DNA from: Lytechinus pictus
Lineage: Eukaryota
Direction: 5' to 3'
NCBI RefSeq assembly: GCF_037042905.1
Contig: NC_087245.1
Span: 5,208,001 to 5,272,000 of the forward strand
Length of the DNA stretch: 64,000 nt
Below the pieces are notes generated by a model. It searched no databases, had not been told where the DNA came from, and was given only the letters and a program-made list of their open reading frames with translations. The position numbers and the translations under genes were made by a program. Of this stretch, positions 26,971-40,786 are shown one piece after another. Each line of letters starts with the position of its first letter. Positions within the stretch are counted from its first letter, which is position 1.

Positions 26971-28316
26971 CAGTGCGTATAAAAAAACGGGACGGCTTTG
27001 AAAAGTCTATAAAAAATTTGTTTCAAATTATGATATCTGTATTTTGATGTTAATAGATGCTCGGAAATCTTATCTTTGAAATGCAATTTAAAAAAATTGT
27101 TTGTTTTCATGCTTGAGCGAACACGGGACGTTTTTGTCGGGGTTTCAAAAGGAGGCTTGCGCCAGAATGGCAGAGTATGAGTAATATGATGATTAGACTT
27201 CTTGCTAATCAGCAGACTCCCTCTTAACCTTTTCGTTATCTGTGCAATAATTTTCGAATTATGCTGTCGAATTTCATTTACAAATATATTTATTTACTTG
27301 AATTATTTTGTTTTTTCATTTAAACTTCTTTTACCTTTGAATTTTCCTTCATAAGTAAGAAAAGAAGACTTTTTGTCAACCCAAGCAAGAAGATTTGCAT
27401 TATTAATTGGGAAAACTTATGTGTGAAACAAATTATCTTATGGTACCTTTAAAAGACATGAATCCATTTCTCAAGGGGTTATTGATTCCTTGACCAAGTT
27501 TAATTATGTGTTTGACATGACAAACAGGAAGGGATCCATGTCTTTCAATGGCAATGGTGTATTGAGTCAATTTTGAAGGAGCTAGATATGGCAGATCGGG
27601 AAAAATGTATTTAAAAATTGTGAGCGAGCGAAGCGAGCACGCAAATATTCCCACTTTTTTATTACAATATCAAATTTTGTGATAGATTTTGACATAATAT
27701 TCAGAAAATAATATCATATTTCACTTTCTATCTTTCCTTTTATTTCCTTTCCACCTTTTTTTCTTGGTCATGATTTTTGTTTAATTGAGGGGGAGCATCC
27801 CCGAGCCCCCGCCCATCTGTATGGCACTGTTCAAAAGGCACCATAACCTTTGTAGCACACAATGAAAGGATTTGGAAAAAAATACACGCTCTCCCATACT
27901 TCGGTTGAAAAAAAAATTGTTTTTGCTTGAAGAATGAAAATTCGCAGCTAAAATAGAACATATTAAAAAGAAACAACAGAACAATTCAAGCAAATAAATA
28001 GATTTGAACATGAATTTTGACCGCATAATTTGGAAATTATGACAAAGATAATGAAAAGGTTAAAAGGAAGTCTGCTGATTTGCAAAAAGTCTGATCATCA
28101 TATTTGTCAATTTATGCCATTTGCGCGCAAGGCTCCTTTTTAACCTGAGACAAACACATTCCGTGTTCGCTCAGGCATGAACGAAACTAATTTCTTTTAA
28201 AGGCATTTGAAAGATAAGACCTCAGAGCACATATTAACACCAAAATATAGACATCATAATTTGAAACCAAAATTTTATAGACTTTTCAAATCTGTCCCGT
28301 TTTTTTATACGCACTG
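26971..28316. mobile_element. Tc1/mariner-like non-autonomous element with ~350-bp imperfect TIRs
   Basis: TA|CAGTGCGTATAAAAAAACGGGAC ... GTCCCGTTTTTTTATACGCACTG|TA; arms ~26971-27325 and ~27960-28316 align as inverted repeats; no transposase ORF. Confidence 0.85.
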
Positions 28317-29409
28317 TATAGGTGCAGAATAATGCACGTATTCATTTTCATTTGAATACGATAAGATGTCACAAATGATGGAATCCCTTTTCAGAGCTAG
28401 TAAGAATAAGCCATCAAAGATTAAGAATCTACTTATCAGGATATCGTCTCCACGGTTGCTTGAGAGAAAGAACAGAATCATTTGGCCATGGAGTTATTAA
28501 ACACAGATTGGCTGTCCAAGAGGCCATCAACTTAATAACATAAGGTTTTGTTAGTCATTAGGAAACGATAGCGCTATAGGTGAAAACTTAATTTCATTAT
28601 CTGATAGTAGATTTTGCATGAAATTACGGGACTCACATTTTAAAACGGTTGTATTCTTCAGCTAGTTATTTGATAGCCCAATGAAACATCTCTGTGCGCA
28701 TTATGCTTGTTTTATATTCATAAAACTTATCTTTGGTGGAAACAAGTGTGCGATGAATAAAATTAAGTTTCTATCACTTTTTTGGCATATGGATTCACCC
28801 TCTTTTAATTTTGTAGAATTTAAAGTAATTTATATTTCACATCTCAATTAACATTGATTGAAATTGGATATGACCCCCAAATCAACCATTATTTTGATAT
28901 AACTTTTCCTCTTCAGAGATTTGCGTGAAAATTGAAATAATGTCTGTAACCAAAGTAAGGTTGCAGTTGTGATGTAAATGTTTTACGTATTAGTTTGAAA
29001 TTGCATGTCGGATTGGTACATGTAAATAAAATAAATTGATAATATTTGGATGCAATATCCAGTTTTCAAAAGGTTATTTTGTTTCAAATATTATAGTAAG
29101 ACCGTTTTCCTTCCGTTGACGCCACGTACAATAATCATTTTTTTTTACTTTAACACCAACATGGACAAACCATAAATCGGAGGATTTCTACTGGTCTCTT
29201 TTTAATCATTAGAAATGAAAAATCGTCATTATGATTGTTCGTTTTGAATACCCACTCCGATCACCATGTTTGTCTACATTTTCTCACCCAGTAACGTGAC
29301 GCTTTAACGGCCAGAATGACCAATGATAAGTGTTTGTATCATTTTCTGTAAATTCTTGATGGATTATTGATGAGGGATGTAAAATCAAAGTGGTCATCGG
29401 TTTACTTAA

Positions 29410-30447
29410 AGGACAAGTTCACCCCGACAAATAGTTGATTTGAATAAAAAGGGAAAATCCAACAAGCATAACACTGAAAAATTCGTCAAAATCGGATGCA
29501 AAATAAGAAGGTTATGACCATTTAAAGTTTCTCTTTATTTCACAAAACAGTTATATGCACATCCTGTTCATTATGTAAATGAGGAGACCGATGACATCAC
29601 TCGATCACTATTTCTTTTTTATTTTTTTATATTGAATATGAAATATTCCAATTATTTCCTCATTGTCCTCTGAAAATAGTTCTATTTCTCTCTAGACATG
29701 TGGTATTGGCATTGTTATAATATTTCATGGTTCAGTTAAGTTGGTCCTTAAAGGACAAGTCCACCCCAACAAAAAAGTGATTTGAAGAAAAAGAGAAAAA
29801 TCCAACAAACATAGCACTGAAAATTTCATAAAATCGGATGTAAAATAAGAAAGTTATGGCATTTTAAAGTTTCGCTTAATTTCACAGAACAGTTATATGA
29901 ACATCCTGGTCGATATGCAAATGAGGAGAATGATGACTTCATCCACTCACTATTTCTTTGTATAATAATATTGTATAATTCAAACAATAAAAAACAAAAG
30001 AAATAGTGAGTGATGGACATCATCGGCTGTCTCATTTGCATGTCACTGAGTTGTGCATATCACTGTTTTTTGAAAAATAAGCGAAACTTTAAAATGTCAT
30101 AACTTTCTTATTTTACATCCGATTTTGATGAAATTTTCAGCGTATGGTACTTTGATTTTTCTCTATTTATTCAAATCAACAATTATCTGGAGTGGACTTG
30201 ACCTTTAATGTCAAATTGGTAGAAATTGTAATATTGTACAATTCAAAAAAAAGAAAAAAGAAATAGTGAGTGGTGGACATAATCGACTCTCTCATTTGCA
30301 AGTCACTGAGTTGTGAAAAATAAGCGAAATTTTAAGATGTCATAACTTTCTTATTTGATATCCGATGTTGATGAAATTTTCAGCATTAAGCTTGTTTGAT
30401 TTTTCTCTATTGATTCAAATCAACATTTTCTTGGGTGGACTTGACCT
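29410..30447. mobile_element. Kolobok-like MITE (outer copy), interrupted by a same-family copy
   Basis: TTAA|AGGACAAGTTCACCCC ... GGGTGGACTTGACCT|TTAA. Confidence 0.85.
29752..30204. mobile_element. Kolobok-like MITE (inner copy, 453 bp)
   Basis: TTAA(29748-29751)|AGGACAAGTCCACCCC ... GAGTGGACTTGACCT|TTAA(30205-30208); arms match those of the outer copy. Confidence 0.88.
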
Positions 30448-31762
30448 TTAATATACTGTTATTTTTTATTCATCTAATAGACACTTGGCCACTTTTCCAT
30501 TAAAAAAAAATCAATTTTCGTTGAAATAAAAAAGTTGTGACTGAAAATTTTATCAAATCATGAGCACTTGGGGGATGCAAGTGGAGTGTTGATAATCACA
30601 CACAATCACCATTCCTCTGGTATACTGTATTTATTTTTTTTCTAAATATTTCATTGACGAACCTCTGTGTTGGGCCACATAGAAGGTTGAAAAATGTTCA
30701 TTTTAGGATTATAACCATGTTTCACATAAAATATAGGAGGAACAATGGAAGAATTCCAAAACGGAATATTGCGTGACGTCATCGACTTTTACATTTACAT
30801 ATTAATCTTGGTGTGTATCTTCTTCAACTCCCTTGTGAAACTACTACAAGAGCTTTAAAATGTAAAAACTTCTTATTTTGCATCAGTTATTTATAAGGTT
30901 TTCAGTAATATATTTCATTTCATTATGTTAAAAGATATTTTCAATGGCATTAACTTGTATTGGGGGTAGAGTTGACCTCTAAACAAATTACTTCGTTACG
31001 GGCTTGTATATGATGGACGTAGGTTACGAGCTAATTAACGAAATTCACTTATATTTCTCGCTGGTTTTCTATAATTTTTATGTGTGCGCCAGCCAGCTGT
31101 CTTACAATAGAAATTAAGTTTAAAACCTGGGCTGAGTTTAATCTTTGGACAAGAGGAGGGGGCGCCCTTTACACCAAGGTAAAATGAATTTAATGCAGTA
31201 CCTTCTAATAATTCCCCTGCACAATTCCAGGGTTGCGGATGAGACCGACATCTTTAAAAAGAATCATTATAAAAAGCGACTGATCGGATATTATTGATAT
31301 GATTTATTGCACGCAATAACCAATGTAACCAAATGTATTAGAGTTGGATCGGAGCTTGGTTGGGTTATTGGTACAACTGAGAATTCGTTTATCAGCAAAT
31401 AGAGAACATCGTCAGACCATGGGGCATCTAGACAAACCATCAACATTATCAACGGGCCTTTGAGAATTGGTCACTGAAACAGTTTAACATGTTATTAGTC
31501 GTTTGGGCGATGTAATTGAGCAGTTTTAACCTGGAGTAACGTAAATTATTCGCGGTCGTCAGAATGTAAGTTGATTGATTATTCTTGAATGTGGTGTAAG
31601 TGGAGCGCATCAAACATGTATGTTATAGATACCTAAACTTTGTGCTCTTGATACACGATTAACTTATTATTCACGGAAAGGGAGAATCTGTTGTAAAAAA
31701 ACAACACTGAAGAATGATAGATTGTTTTACATGCGGTGTAGGAATATCAGTCATTATGATTA

Positions 31763-31928
31763 CACTGTAACAAATTAAGTGCTAATTTAGCACTTACAGT
31801 GCTTGTATAGTGACTGCACTACGAGTGCTGATTTTCTAGTTTAAATTTGAACTAGAAAATCAGCACTCGTAGTGCAGTGACTATACAAGCACTGTAAGTG
31901 CTAAATTAGCACTCCATTTTTTACAGTG
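31763..31928. mobile_element. 166-bp near-perfect palindromic MITE (CACTG..CAGTG, TA flanks)
   Basis: 83-bp arms with no loop (centre 31845/31846) and about 5 mismatches counted by eye. Confidence 0.9.
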
Positions 31929-34900
31929 TATGTGACCTGATAAGGCATTATTGGTGGGAATCTGCTTTGTGAAATTGTATGTTTAGAAAATGTCACCCAC
32001 ATAGTAAAAGTTTTCCATTTTAAAGGAAACTCTCGTTTCAAACTGTCTTCATGTTTGGAAAAAATTTCTTAAAACGACATTCTGTAAACGACTGCTCTTC
32101 AGATGACCCAAGTATCAAAAAACAAATCGAGTTCTGGATGTAGCTCAAGCTCACATTATTGATCTAGTCTTTAAAGACGCAATACCTATAGTCTTGTAGA
32201 AATAAAGTTAGCATATACTTAAAACCGATCGACACCCATGCATGTCACAGCAAATAATGCTCTAAATGATTGATGATCAAGGTGTTAAGTTCATGCTGTA
32301 ATGATTATGTTTTGTATTCTAACTTAGAAATGTAATAGATTTCGTAGTGTAGAACGACTTGAATTGACAAAAGTAGCAATAATATAGTTTGACTTTGAAG
32401 TGCCTTTGATTCCAGTATTTTATGCCTCCCACGAAGATTATATTTATATTCTAGGAAAATTAACGATCGATGGACCACCTTATAGATTTTGATACATACA
32501 TGTATAGGCTGATAGCTATGTTTAAATAAAACGGACAAACACACACAAGAAGAACCTAAACAAAATGTTGAAACCATCAGCGATACTTTAACAATAAACT
32601 GTGCAACGAATCGATGAATACAAATTAATTTGATGTTATGGTCCATTAACATGAATTGCCCCTAATTCTATACTGTATATTTCATGCGTGCCTCCTACGA
32701 AGATTACTTTATTTTATGAGATCAATAGAGATAACGATTCATTGATCCGCTTTTAGAATTTTGATCGATATCGACTAATAATTGATCGTAACAGTATAAA
32801 TTTTGAACTGAATGATTAATAAATATTACAAAAAACAAAAACAAAAAAAATAAATGTAAAGCCATTGATATAATATTGCTGTGGCAAATGCTTAAGGAGA
32901 AAAACTGATAAAGAGTGTACTATTTATAAACAGCCTTGTAGGATATGGTAAGGTCCAAATAAGTGTCCATCTCAGGACTTGCTGACGGCATCACCAGTTT
33001 CCATTGGTGACAATGAAAACTTTAGCTGGTATTTATTTTGCTATATATTTCGATGATATCTCATTCATACTTGTAATTAATTTCCAATAAGTGATAATTG
33101 ACTATCACACATGTAAAACAAAAAACTCACGTCAAAGAAAAAAAAACTCATATAGTCTCGCCTTTTTTCTTCATCGCAATATCCATAAACCAACTCTGAT
33201 TATACTTTCATTTTTTTATGTATGATGATTATTGCACAGATGGTGATATCAATATTCCTCTTTTTGTGGGTGGGGGAGGAGGGAGAAATAAAATATAATT
33301 TTGCAGTTGGAGAGGGAGCATTTAGATTACTCAAGTTTTGCCGTCACAGTATGCAGATTGGTTGAATAACTCCCATTTTAACATGTTATCACCGATTAGA
33401 CGATCTAGGTTTTTTTTTCTATTAAACCAAAGATTAACAAAAGACTTTTACATTTTGTTTGCAGGGTTAGAATTAATTTGTCATTGAAACGGGTAACTTG
33501 AAATTTGATATATTTCATTCTCCAAATTGCTAAAATCAACTCAATCGAGATACGATCCTGGATGTACTTTACCCATGATATCGGTTCGACCTAGAATGAA
33601 CTTATATGTTACTTTATGATAATCATTATTGACTGAGGAGGAGAATAACGAATCATTTTCTTTTTATTTTGCCGGTGAATTTATTCTCCATCTTAAATAT
33701 CTCACCTCACCTAAAGTGAAAACAAATTTCAATTACTTTTAGCTGACTCCTTATGTACAAAGAGACGAGCCAGGATTAATAAGCCAGTGTGAGCTTTTTT
33801 TTATAGGTTCCAGCTTTCTCGTTACAAATCTTTTCATATTAAAATTACCCATTCACGGACGCACGATTTTGACTGGGCAGTTATAGAGCAGAGCACGTAC
33901 TATCTTTAACCGGTCTGCCTCCTTTTTCATTTGATGGTGTATTTAAGGATTGGAGGGAAACAGATTAGACTTTTATATAAAGAAAAATCACAATTGATAA
34001 TGAACAAAATTAATTAACGATTTCTCTCATTATAATTATCTATGCCAATTTTTGTCCTTATGTGAAAGCTTTTCTCAAGATCTACTTCATTACAGAAGCA
34101 TATGCATGGGGGATCAAAAAGTGATGTTTTTACGAAGCATGCAACGGTTTTCACGAAACTTGCAACGGTTTTCACGAAAATGACAGAATGTGTATGTATC
34201 CGATGTTACATTTAACATGTTTAAGATAATCTAATCAACCACATTGAAATATTGATTTAGAGATCTTCAATGATGGTTCTTTGAGTACGGAAACTAAATT
34301 CCGTCTTTGTAAACTCATTTTCAATTCAGATGACGAAAAGTATTGTTCGGTAGACTTCGTGGGGGTTGGGCCTTCGGATCAGTGACGACATGAACGCGAA
34401 AAAAAAGTAATGAGCATGATAAGAGCGCTTCAGAGTTTGCTGTAGACGGACTCACTACCAATCATATCGTGATAATAATCGTAAGTATGCTAAAGTACCT
34501 GAAGCAAAGTTATGGTTTTTATTGTTGCGGAATTTCTCAAGTAGTAGAGAGCAATCGCGTCCTTGTAGTTGGATCTTGTTGTATTGAAATCCAAGTGTGT
34601 TATCATCAGTTGGTGCGTGGGTCAGCATATATGAGTAAAGGGGGTTACATAAATATGAAGTGGGCATCTAGCATTGGCGTAATGCATGTCAACGTCATTG
34701 ATGTGGATAACATGTTCAACAGATGATGGGTGTTTTAAAGATAAAATCCATGTTCACCATATCATGTGTTAGAAAATGCCTCAAAGCCATCAGAAAAGTT
34801 AATAAATTAACGCTTCAGTAATAATATGAAAACAAAATGACAATGGCTGTATTTGAAATTGTATTTTTGAGGAATTGCGAAATCCTTACGTCAAAGTCAC

Positions 34901-36229
34901 ACGTGCGATACGGAATCCAGACTTAACACTATTATATCACGGTACAATCGGTCGGATTAGAGTCGCGTTCATTCGTACGAATTGTAGATATACACGTGGC
35001 CATACTACTTACTAGCATTAACAATAAGAAATATATAGATTTTTCTCAACCGGGCGATAAAAGTAAAACAAGAATAATGACATGTTAACGTTATACGTCT
35101 GATATTTACCAAGTTTGTTAACAGCGATTGGATATTTAATGACCATGTCGCAATGAATTGGGATAAACATAATCAGAAGTATGTAGATAACATTTGATAC
35201 CAACAGAACAAGGCAGTATTTACTAAGATATTTTTTTTTAAGAACAAACCATTCTGTTTTTTTGCTTACAACTATGGATATCCTGCAACTCTACATTCCT
35301 CATCGTAATTCGAAGAAGGCTCAGTTGAATATATAATGATGCTGATAACCTTGGAGCTCGGTACTTTGGAATAAAGGGTGTTCTGATTGATAGTCATCTT
35401 ATTTTTTCAGTTATTAATCGATGTTTGAGAAATACCAGAATTCCATGCATTATCCAACTAACGACGCAGTCGGTGTTTGTGATAAAAACAGATTCATTTC
35501 ATTTGACCATGGTGTTTTATTACATGCATTTATAGTGGAGTGAGCTTTCATGGCTACCCGTCAAATCACAATGTATATAAATATATTTTCTGTGAATTGG
35601 TATTTTGAAGAAATGGGCTTTTTTCAAATGAAACGCTATTCACGTTCAAGTGTCGTTTATTGGAGATCGAGCTTTTCAAATGAAATGGATGGTCAAAGTC
35701 CCACAGAAAATACCGATTGGTATCAAGTTCAAGTGAATAGTCTTTGTTGTCCAAAACGAGCACACCTTTGTTAACGACAAAACAGTCACAATAACCACTA
35801 TTTAACGACGATTATTGATGCGAAATTACCTGTCTTAGCAGGTTGAAAGCGATATGATGGAAAATTATGTAGCACTCACAAACTATTTCATCAAGGTTCA
35901 CGTATATGAGGACATAACTACCCTTAAATGGATGATGTGTGTAATGTTTCTAATAATTGTTACAGGGAATTTTAACTTTCTCAGTGTGATATACGTTTGA
36001 TCTCAATGCATTTTGTTTATAGAGAATTGAACAACTTTGAGATTCCTTGTTAATCATTCAGTCCCCGGTGGTAATATTTACTCTGTGCTTTTACATCCAG
36101 GACGTTCATTTGATAGGTTGAACATTTTGAAGGCAAATCTGATCAGTTTCAAAATCCCACTAAAGAAATCTGCGATTGAGAGTAATATTGTACAGAATTG
36201 TCCAATTGCGCCAAACTCGCCACTGTATA

Positions 36230-36430
36230 CACTCTTAAAATGTTGGGCAACATACTGTCCACACAACAATATATTATTGGTTAATTTTTTTTTATCCAAC
36301 TCTGGGTAGTTTTCAGCCAATACTGTGTAGTTTTCACCCAAAGCACACATTATTGGTTAAAAACTACCCAGAATTTGATAAAGTTTTAACCAATGTGCGG
36401 GCAGCATGTTGCCCAACACTTTTAAGAGTG
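36230..36430. mobile_element. Palindromic MITE (CACTC..GAGTG, TA flanks)
   Basis: CACTCTTAAAATGTTGGGCAACAT ... ATGTTGCCCAACACTTTTAAGAGTG, plus an internal IR TCTGGGTAGTTTT/AAAACTACCCAGA. Confidence 0.85.
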
Positions 36431-36996
36431 TATATATATATATTTTTTTATTCGCCACTGTATAAATATGTCTATTCGAACTTAAAGATCAGTTGTGCAC
36501 ATGGGGGAGGGGCAATATATCTTAAAACGCTTTATGTATCAAACATATTCATCATGTTGAATGCCAAATAACTACTTTCAAGGACTGTAGAATGTAAATG
36601 TCATATTGTTTGTGTGCAGATTGTAAATATGTATGGGTTTTTGTTAAGGTAATTTTTGTCGTGATGATATTCTTAAATATTTTTATATTATTCGAGTAGG
36701 TAAATTATTTCAATTTCATTTATCAAATCACGTTTGTGAAAATGTGTTTTAGGTAAAATGTCATGAATTCTTTGAAAGATGACATTGTTGACAATGCTTA
36801 TTTTAGTAAAAACAAGTTTTATCCATCAAAAGAGGAATCTTGCGGTATATAGTGATTGTTAGTCCTGGCCGTAGTGATTGTGTTATTTCTTTAGTCATAT
36901 TGTTACTATTTACAGTCTGATTGAGATCACATCATGATCTCTATTACACCTTAACATGACTTTGCACTTATATCCTCATCATTGTACCACAATGCA

Positions 36997-37876
36997 CACT
37001 ATAAAAAAACCCTCTGAATTAGTAGTTAACACTTAAATATATATAAAAGTAGAATTTATTATTTGTAATTATTTCTCTTTTTTTCAGTAGATTTAACTTG
37101 TCTTTTAATGTACTTGAGTTACTTCATTTATTTGGGTTCAATATGATGTACATTTACGAAAATTCACGTATATTACAAGCTTGCTTCGATTAAGTAAATC
37201 TAACTCCAATTAGGCAAAGATAATTATTACTTATAAAATCATGTTGAATGTGCTCATATTTTTCAATTAACGCCTTATTTAAATTAAATTACTGAATATT
37301 CATTAAGAGCAAGTTAATGTTTTTTTTAATAACTGTCATATCTATTTGTGTTTGAAATTGTTTTGGATTAGGGGGTGCAAAATATCTTATTCTTTGTTGA
37401 ATCAAATGAAGAGCAACATTAAATAGTCACTCATCAGAAGATTTCAGATTTCTTTTTAGTTTTTCGGAAAATTTTAATATTATTCTTATTGTTTTATATG
37501 TTATATAAATATCAATGTCAGTACCTATACATGTACAGGTAGGTGACAATGCATAAAGTCTAATATTTGGATAAAAGATGTCTAAGATGAAACTGATGCC
37601 ACTAAAAGTAGGACGATAGGGAAACTTTCGAATCACGAAACTAAATTTACTTGAGTAAGATGGATGCAAAGAAAATAAGTTAATTTTATTTAAAACTGCC
37701 AAACTTATAAATACTTGAAAAAATTAAGGTGTTACTTAATTTACCCGAGTGAGATAGATGCAAAGAAAATAAGTAGATTTTACTTAAAACTACCAAACTT
37801 ATAAATACTTAAAAAATTAATTCAATTTTTTGCCTCAATTTTATTGAGTAATTTCAAATAATTGTTTTTCACAGTG
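36997..37876. mobile_element. AT-rich CACT..AGTG element with a ~95-bp internal tandem duplication
   Basis: CA|CACTATAAAAAA ... TTTTTCACAGTG|CA; duplicated GATGCAAAGAAAATAAGT...CCAAACTTATAAATACTT at ~37660 and ~37755. Confidence 0.5.
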
Positions 37877-38427
37877 CACCATTTTGTATTTAATGGGATA
37901 AATTTTGAAATATCACGAGATGTCACATGGCAGCTGTTTGGTGTTTTAAGGTCACATCATTAGGAGTCAGCTTTAAATAAGAAGCTAACGGCCGTATCTA
38001 TCAACAAAACACGACTCATCGATTTTTCCTTAGTTTGTTGCAATAGCTGTCAAACAGATCCAAGCCCTTGCATATTTTGGGTTGAAAAGATGTACTTCAT
38101 TAGTTTTTGTTTAACTGAGTTACCAGTCTGGTGTGTTAGCTCAGATAGTGGAGCGATGGTTTCACAATCCAGCGACATTGGGTTGCAATTAGGTGTGTCA
38201 GTACCATTGGACGCATTCAAATCTTTTTTACATTAGCCGTCAGTCCCATGGTTGGTTACAACAAGTACTAGCAGTCATCAGCAGAACGTCCATCACCACC
38301 TTAACTCCCCTCGGCGCAATCAGCTTTTACAAACAGTGATTCACATATTCATTTTTTTAACGCGGTTTTGTGTGAATAGCGTATTTTAGCATCCACTTTG
38401 CAGACGCTTTCTACAACGCAACAATTC

Positions 38428-38655
38428 CTTTGAAATTGCAAGTCAAATCTCGATGGACATATTAGAGTTCATTGTCGAAAATTGGTAGACCGGGAAAGCG
38501 CATCGTCATAAGATTCGGACCAGATGGAAAATTGAAATATGCAGTTTGTCCAGAGTCCAGGACGACACTTCTGTTTTGATTCACCGATTTTCGACAAAGG
38601 CTGCTTTGTTATGAAGGGCTTTTGACAATAGATTATCTGCGTTATAGGAAGGGTC
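38428..38655. repeat. Old dispersed repeat with internal inverted repeat, copy 2
   Basis: Homologous to 2860-3085 in the same orientation; IR arms at 38470-38489 and 38580-38599. Confidence 0.75.
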
Positions 38656-40088
38656 TGTGAAGTGATTGCTAATATTCCCTATTGTTTATAGAAAGGTGCA
38701 TTTTTATAAGTTTGCATGTTTGCTGCTGGCGAGGAGTAGCTTTGACGGTCTACCCAAAACATATACCTCTGGGAGGTATATAACTGCCTGGCATGCTTTA
38801 TCTTTGCTTTAAGTTGGTCTAATTTTTGTATTGTTTTGTGACGCACATAAGCGATGGCGAAACACTTTTTTTTCCGCCGAGGCTGTTGTGGGGAAAATGG
38901 CTGATTGATCGCCAGTTACAGTGATCGTGTGTTACAGTACAGTGATCGTGTGTATAGGTCAAAGGTACATTCTTTCAATCGTCACTAGGAATCGATGATA
39001 ACAAATGACATGCCCGTGAGTTTTACTGAAACTCTTTCTTTCACACAAGTCCCTCTTCATATCATTCTCATTCATTCCCTCTGACCTTTTCTCCTGATTA
39101 TGTTCGTCGATGTGCGTTTACATGTGTTTGAGAATTCCAATCGACATCGTGTGTCCACCCAAACTTATTTTTTTCATTCACTTGAGAAAATATTTGAAAG
39201 CAAATGGGATTGAAAATAATCACGCAATTTTTGTCTATTGAACGAATTTCATTATTGGATGCATCATTTTACCAAATATTTGATTGCAGTATGTTTATAT
39301 CTTGATAAGATAGTGATATGATAAGTGATATGATTAGTGGTTTGATAATGGATTTTTTTATTATCTTATGCATGTGTGTTAGGCCTACCTTATTGTGCTT
39401 AGATCGGACCTCAGATTGATTTTGAATAATATATATTCCATGAATTTTAAAATATTATATTTGGGGCATCCAGATTTCGTCTGCTTCGAAGTAAAGACTA
39501 AACGCATAACAGCGTAAAGTATTGACATTTCAACGGAAACAAGGGTGCCTCGAAAGCTTATTTTGTTCTTCTTAATGTCTTGTTGATCATTTATGGCATT
39601 GAAGTATTGATTTTTAAATTGTATTTTGCAGGGGCGATTTTGCTTGTGAGTTTACCTCAAGGTTGAATGTCAGTAATTTAAGCCAATAAAAGTTGCTTGA
39701 ACAAGCTTTTAAACCTAATCGATGGAAAGGGAATACTCATGCGGGCATAAGTGTGTACGTTTGTTTCTTTGATGATAAGATGGTAACTTGTACCGGTATT
39801 TTGAAGTTTATTCATAAGGTCAACTGGGCGGCTTCAAATTCATTCCTTGCGATTGTGAATGTGAACAAATAACACTTAGTTTGCTTGCTGCTATCAATAG
39901 TATTTGATTGAGGCTAGAATCTATAACAAATAACAAAGTATCATAAGCAAGCACCGAAAATGTTGGTCTTCGTATATAAACCGTGTGAGCACCATGTTTA
40001 TCAAATTGGATGGATGGCTACATGAAAGGGCTACTATTCACTTAGTGCAGCTATGGAGTTCTTAATTAATAATTATAAAATTTTTGTT

Positions 40089-40355
40089 GCGTTATGGACC
40101 AGTGGATTAGCCTGCGGACTTATAAATAGAAGGTTGTAGGTTCGAATCCCAGTCATGGCGTATTTTCCTCTTGCAAGAAGTTGATCCACACTGCTGCACT
40201 CGACCCAGGTGAGGTGGATGGGTACGCGGTAGGATTTATTCCTTGAACGCTTTAGCGCATATTTGGCGCCTCAGTTATTGTCGGGGTGATTATGATATCG
40301 AGTGTCAAGTGCAGTAGAGTATATACACATAGTAACTGTGCTATATAAATTGACA
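40089..40355 (+). mobile_element. Near full-length tRNA-derived SINE
   Basis: A-box TGGACCAGTGG (40095-40105), B-box GGTTCGAATCC (40139-40149), central block GCTGCACTCGACCCAGGTGAG..ATGGGTAC, and tail GCTATATAAAT (the reverse of this tail also appears at ~1806-1817). Confidence 0.8.
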
Positions 40356-40568
40356 TAGCATAAATATGAAGAAAACACTAGTGTGGTTTTTTTTTTCTTT
40401 AATTTATTTCACTTTATTATATGAAGACATTGTAAAAACAGTCCGAAGACTGACAAATACAAAGTTAACAGAAAAAGGAAAAATACATGAAATGATATAC
40501 CTACGAATTAACAAAGATTAAAAATAACAATATAAGGGTGAGATTAAATACTGTACTTCAGGTTCATA

Positions 40569-40786
40569 CACAGTAAAAACGCTCTTTAAGATTTTATACA
40601 ACGCTGTTTACTATATGAACCTTACAGTATTTGTTTAACCATTTAAACAATCATGTTTGATTTATTGAAGATTAGATATTGAAAATTATACTTTGTTGCT
40701 TAAGATTTAAACACTTGTTTATAAACTGTTTAAACAATTACTGTAAGGTCCATATAGTAAACAGCGTTGTATATTTTTTTACTGTG
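40569..40786. mobile_element. Palindromic MITE (CACAG..CTGTG, TA flanks)
   Basis: TA|CACAGTAAAAA ... TTTTTACTGTG|TA; internal IR ACAACGCTGTTTACTATATG / CATATAGTAAACAGCGTTGT. Confidence 0.85.

Noticed and set aside
39632-39782. Possible non-coding middle exon (TTTTGCAG| ... ATG|GTAACT)
   Set aside because: Splice-like signals of this quality are frequent in AT-rich DNA; no independent support.
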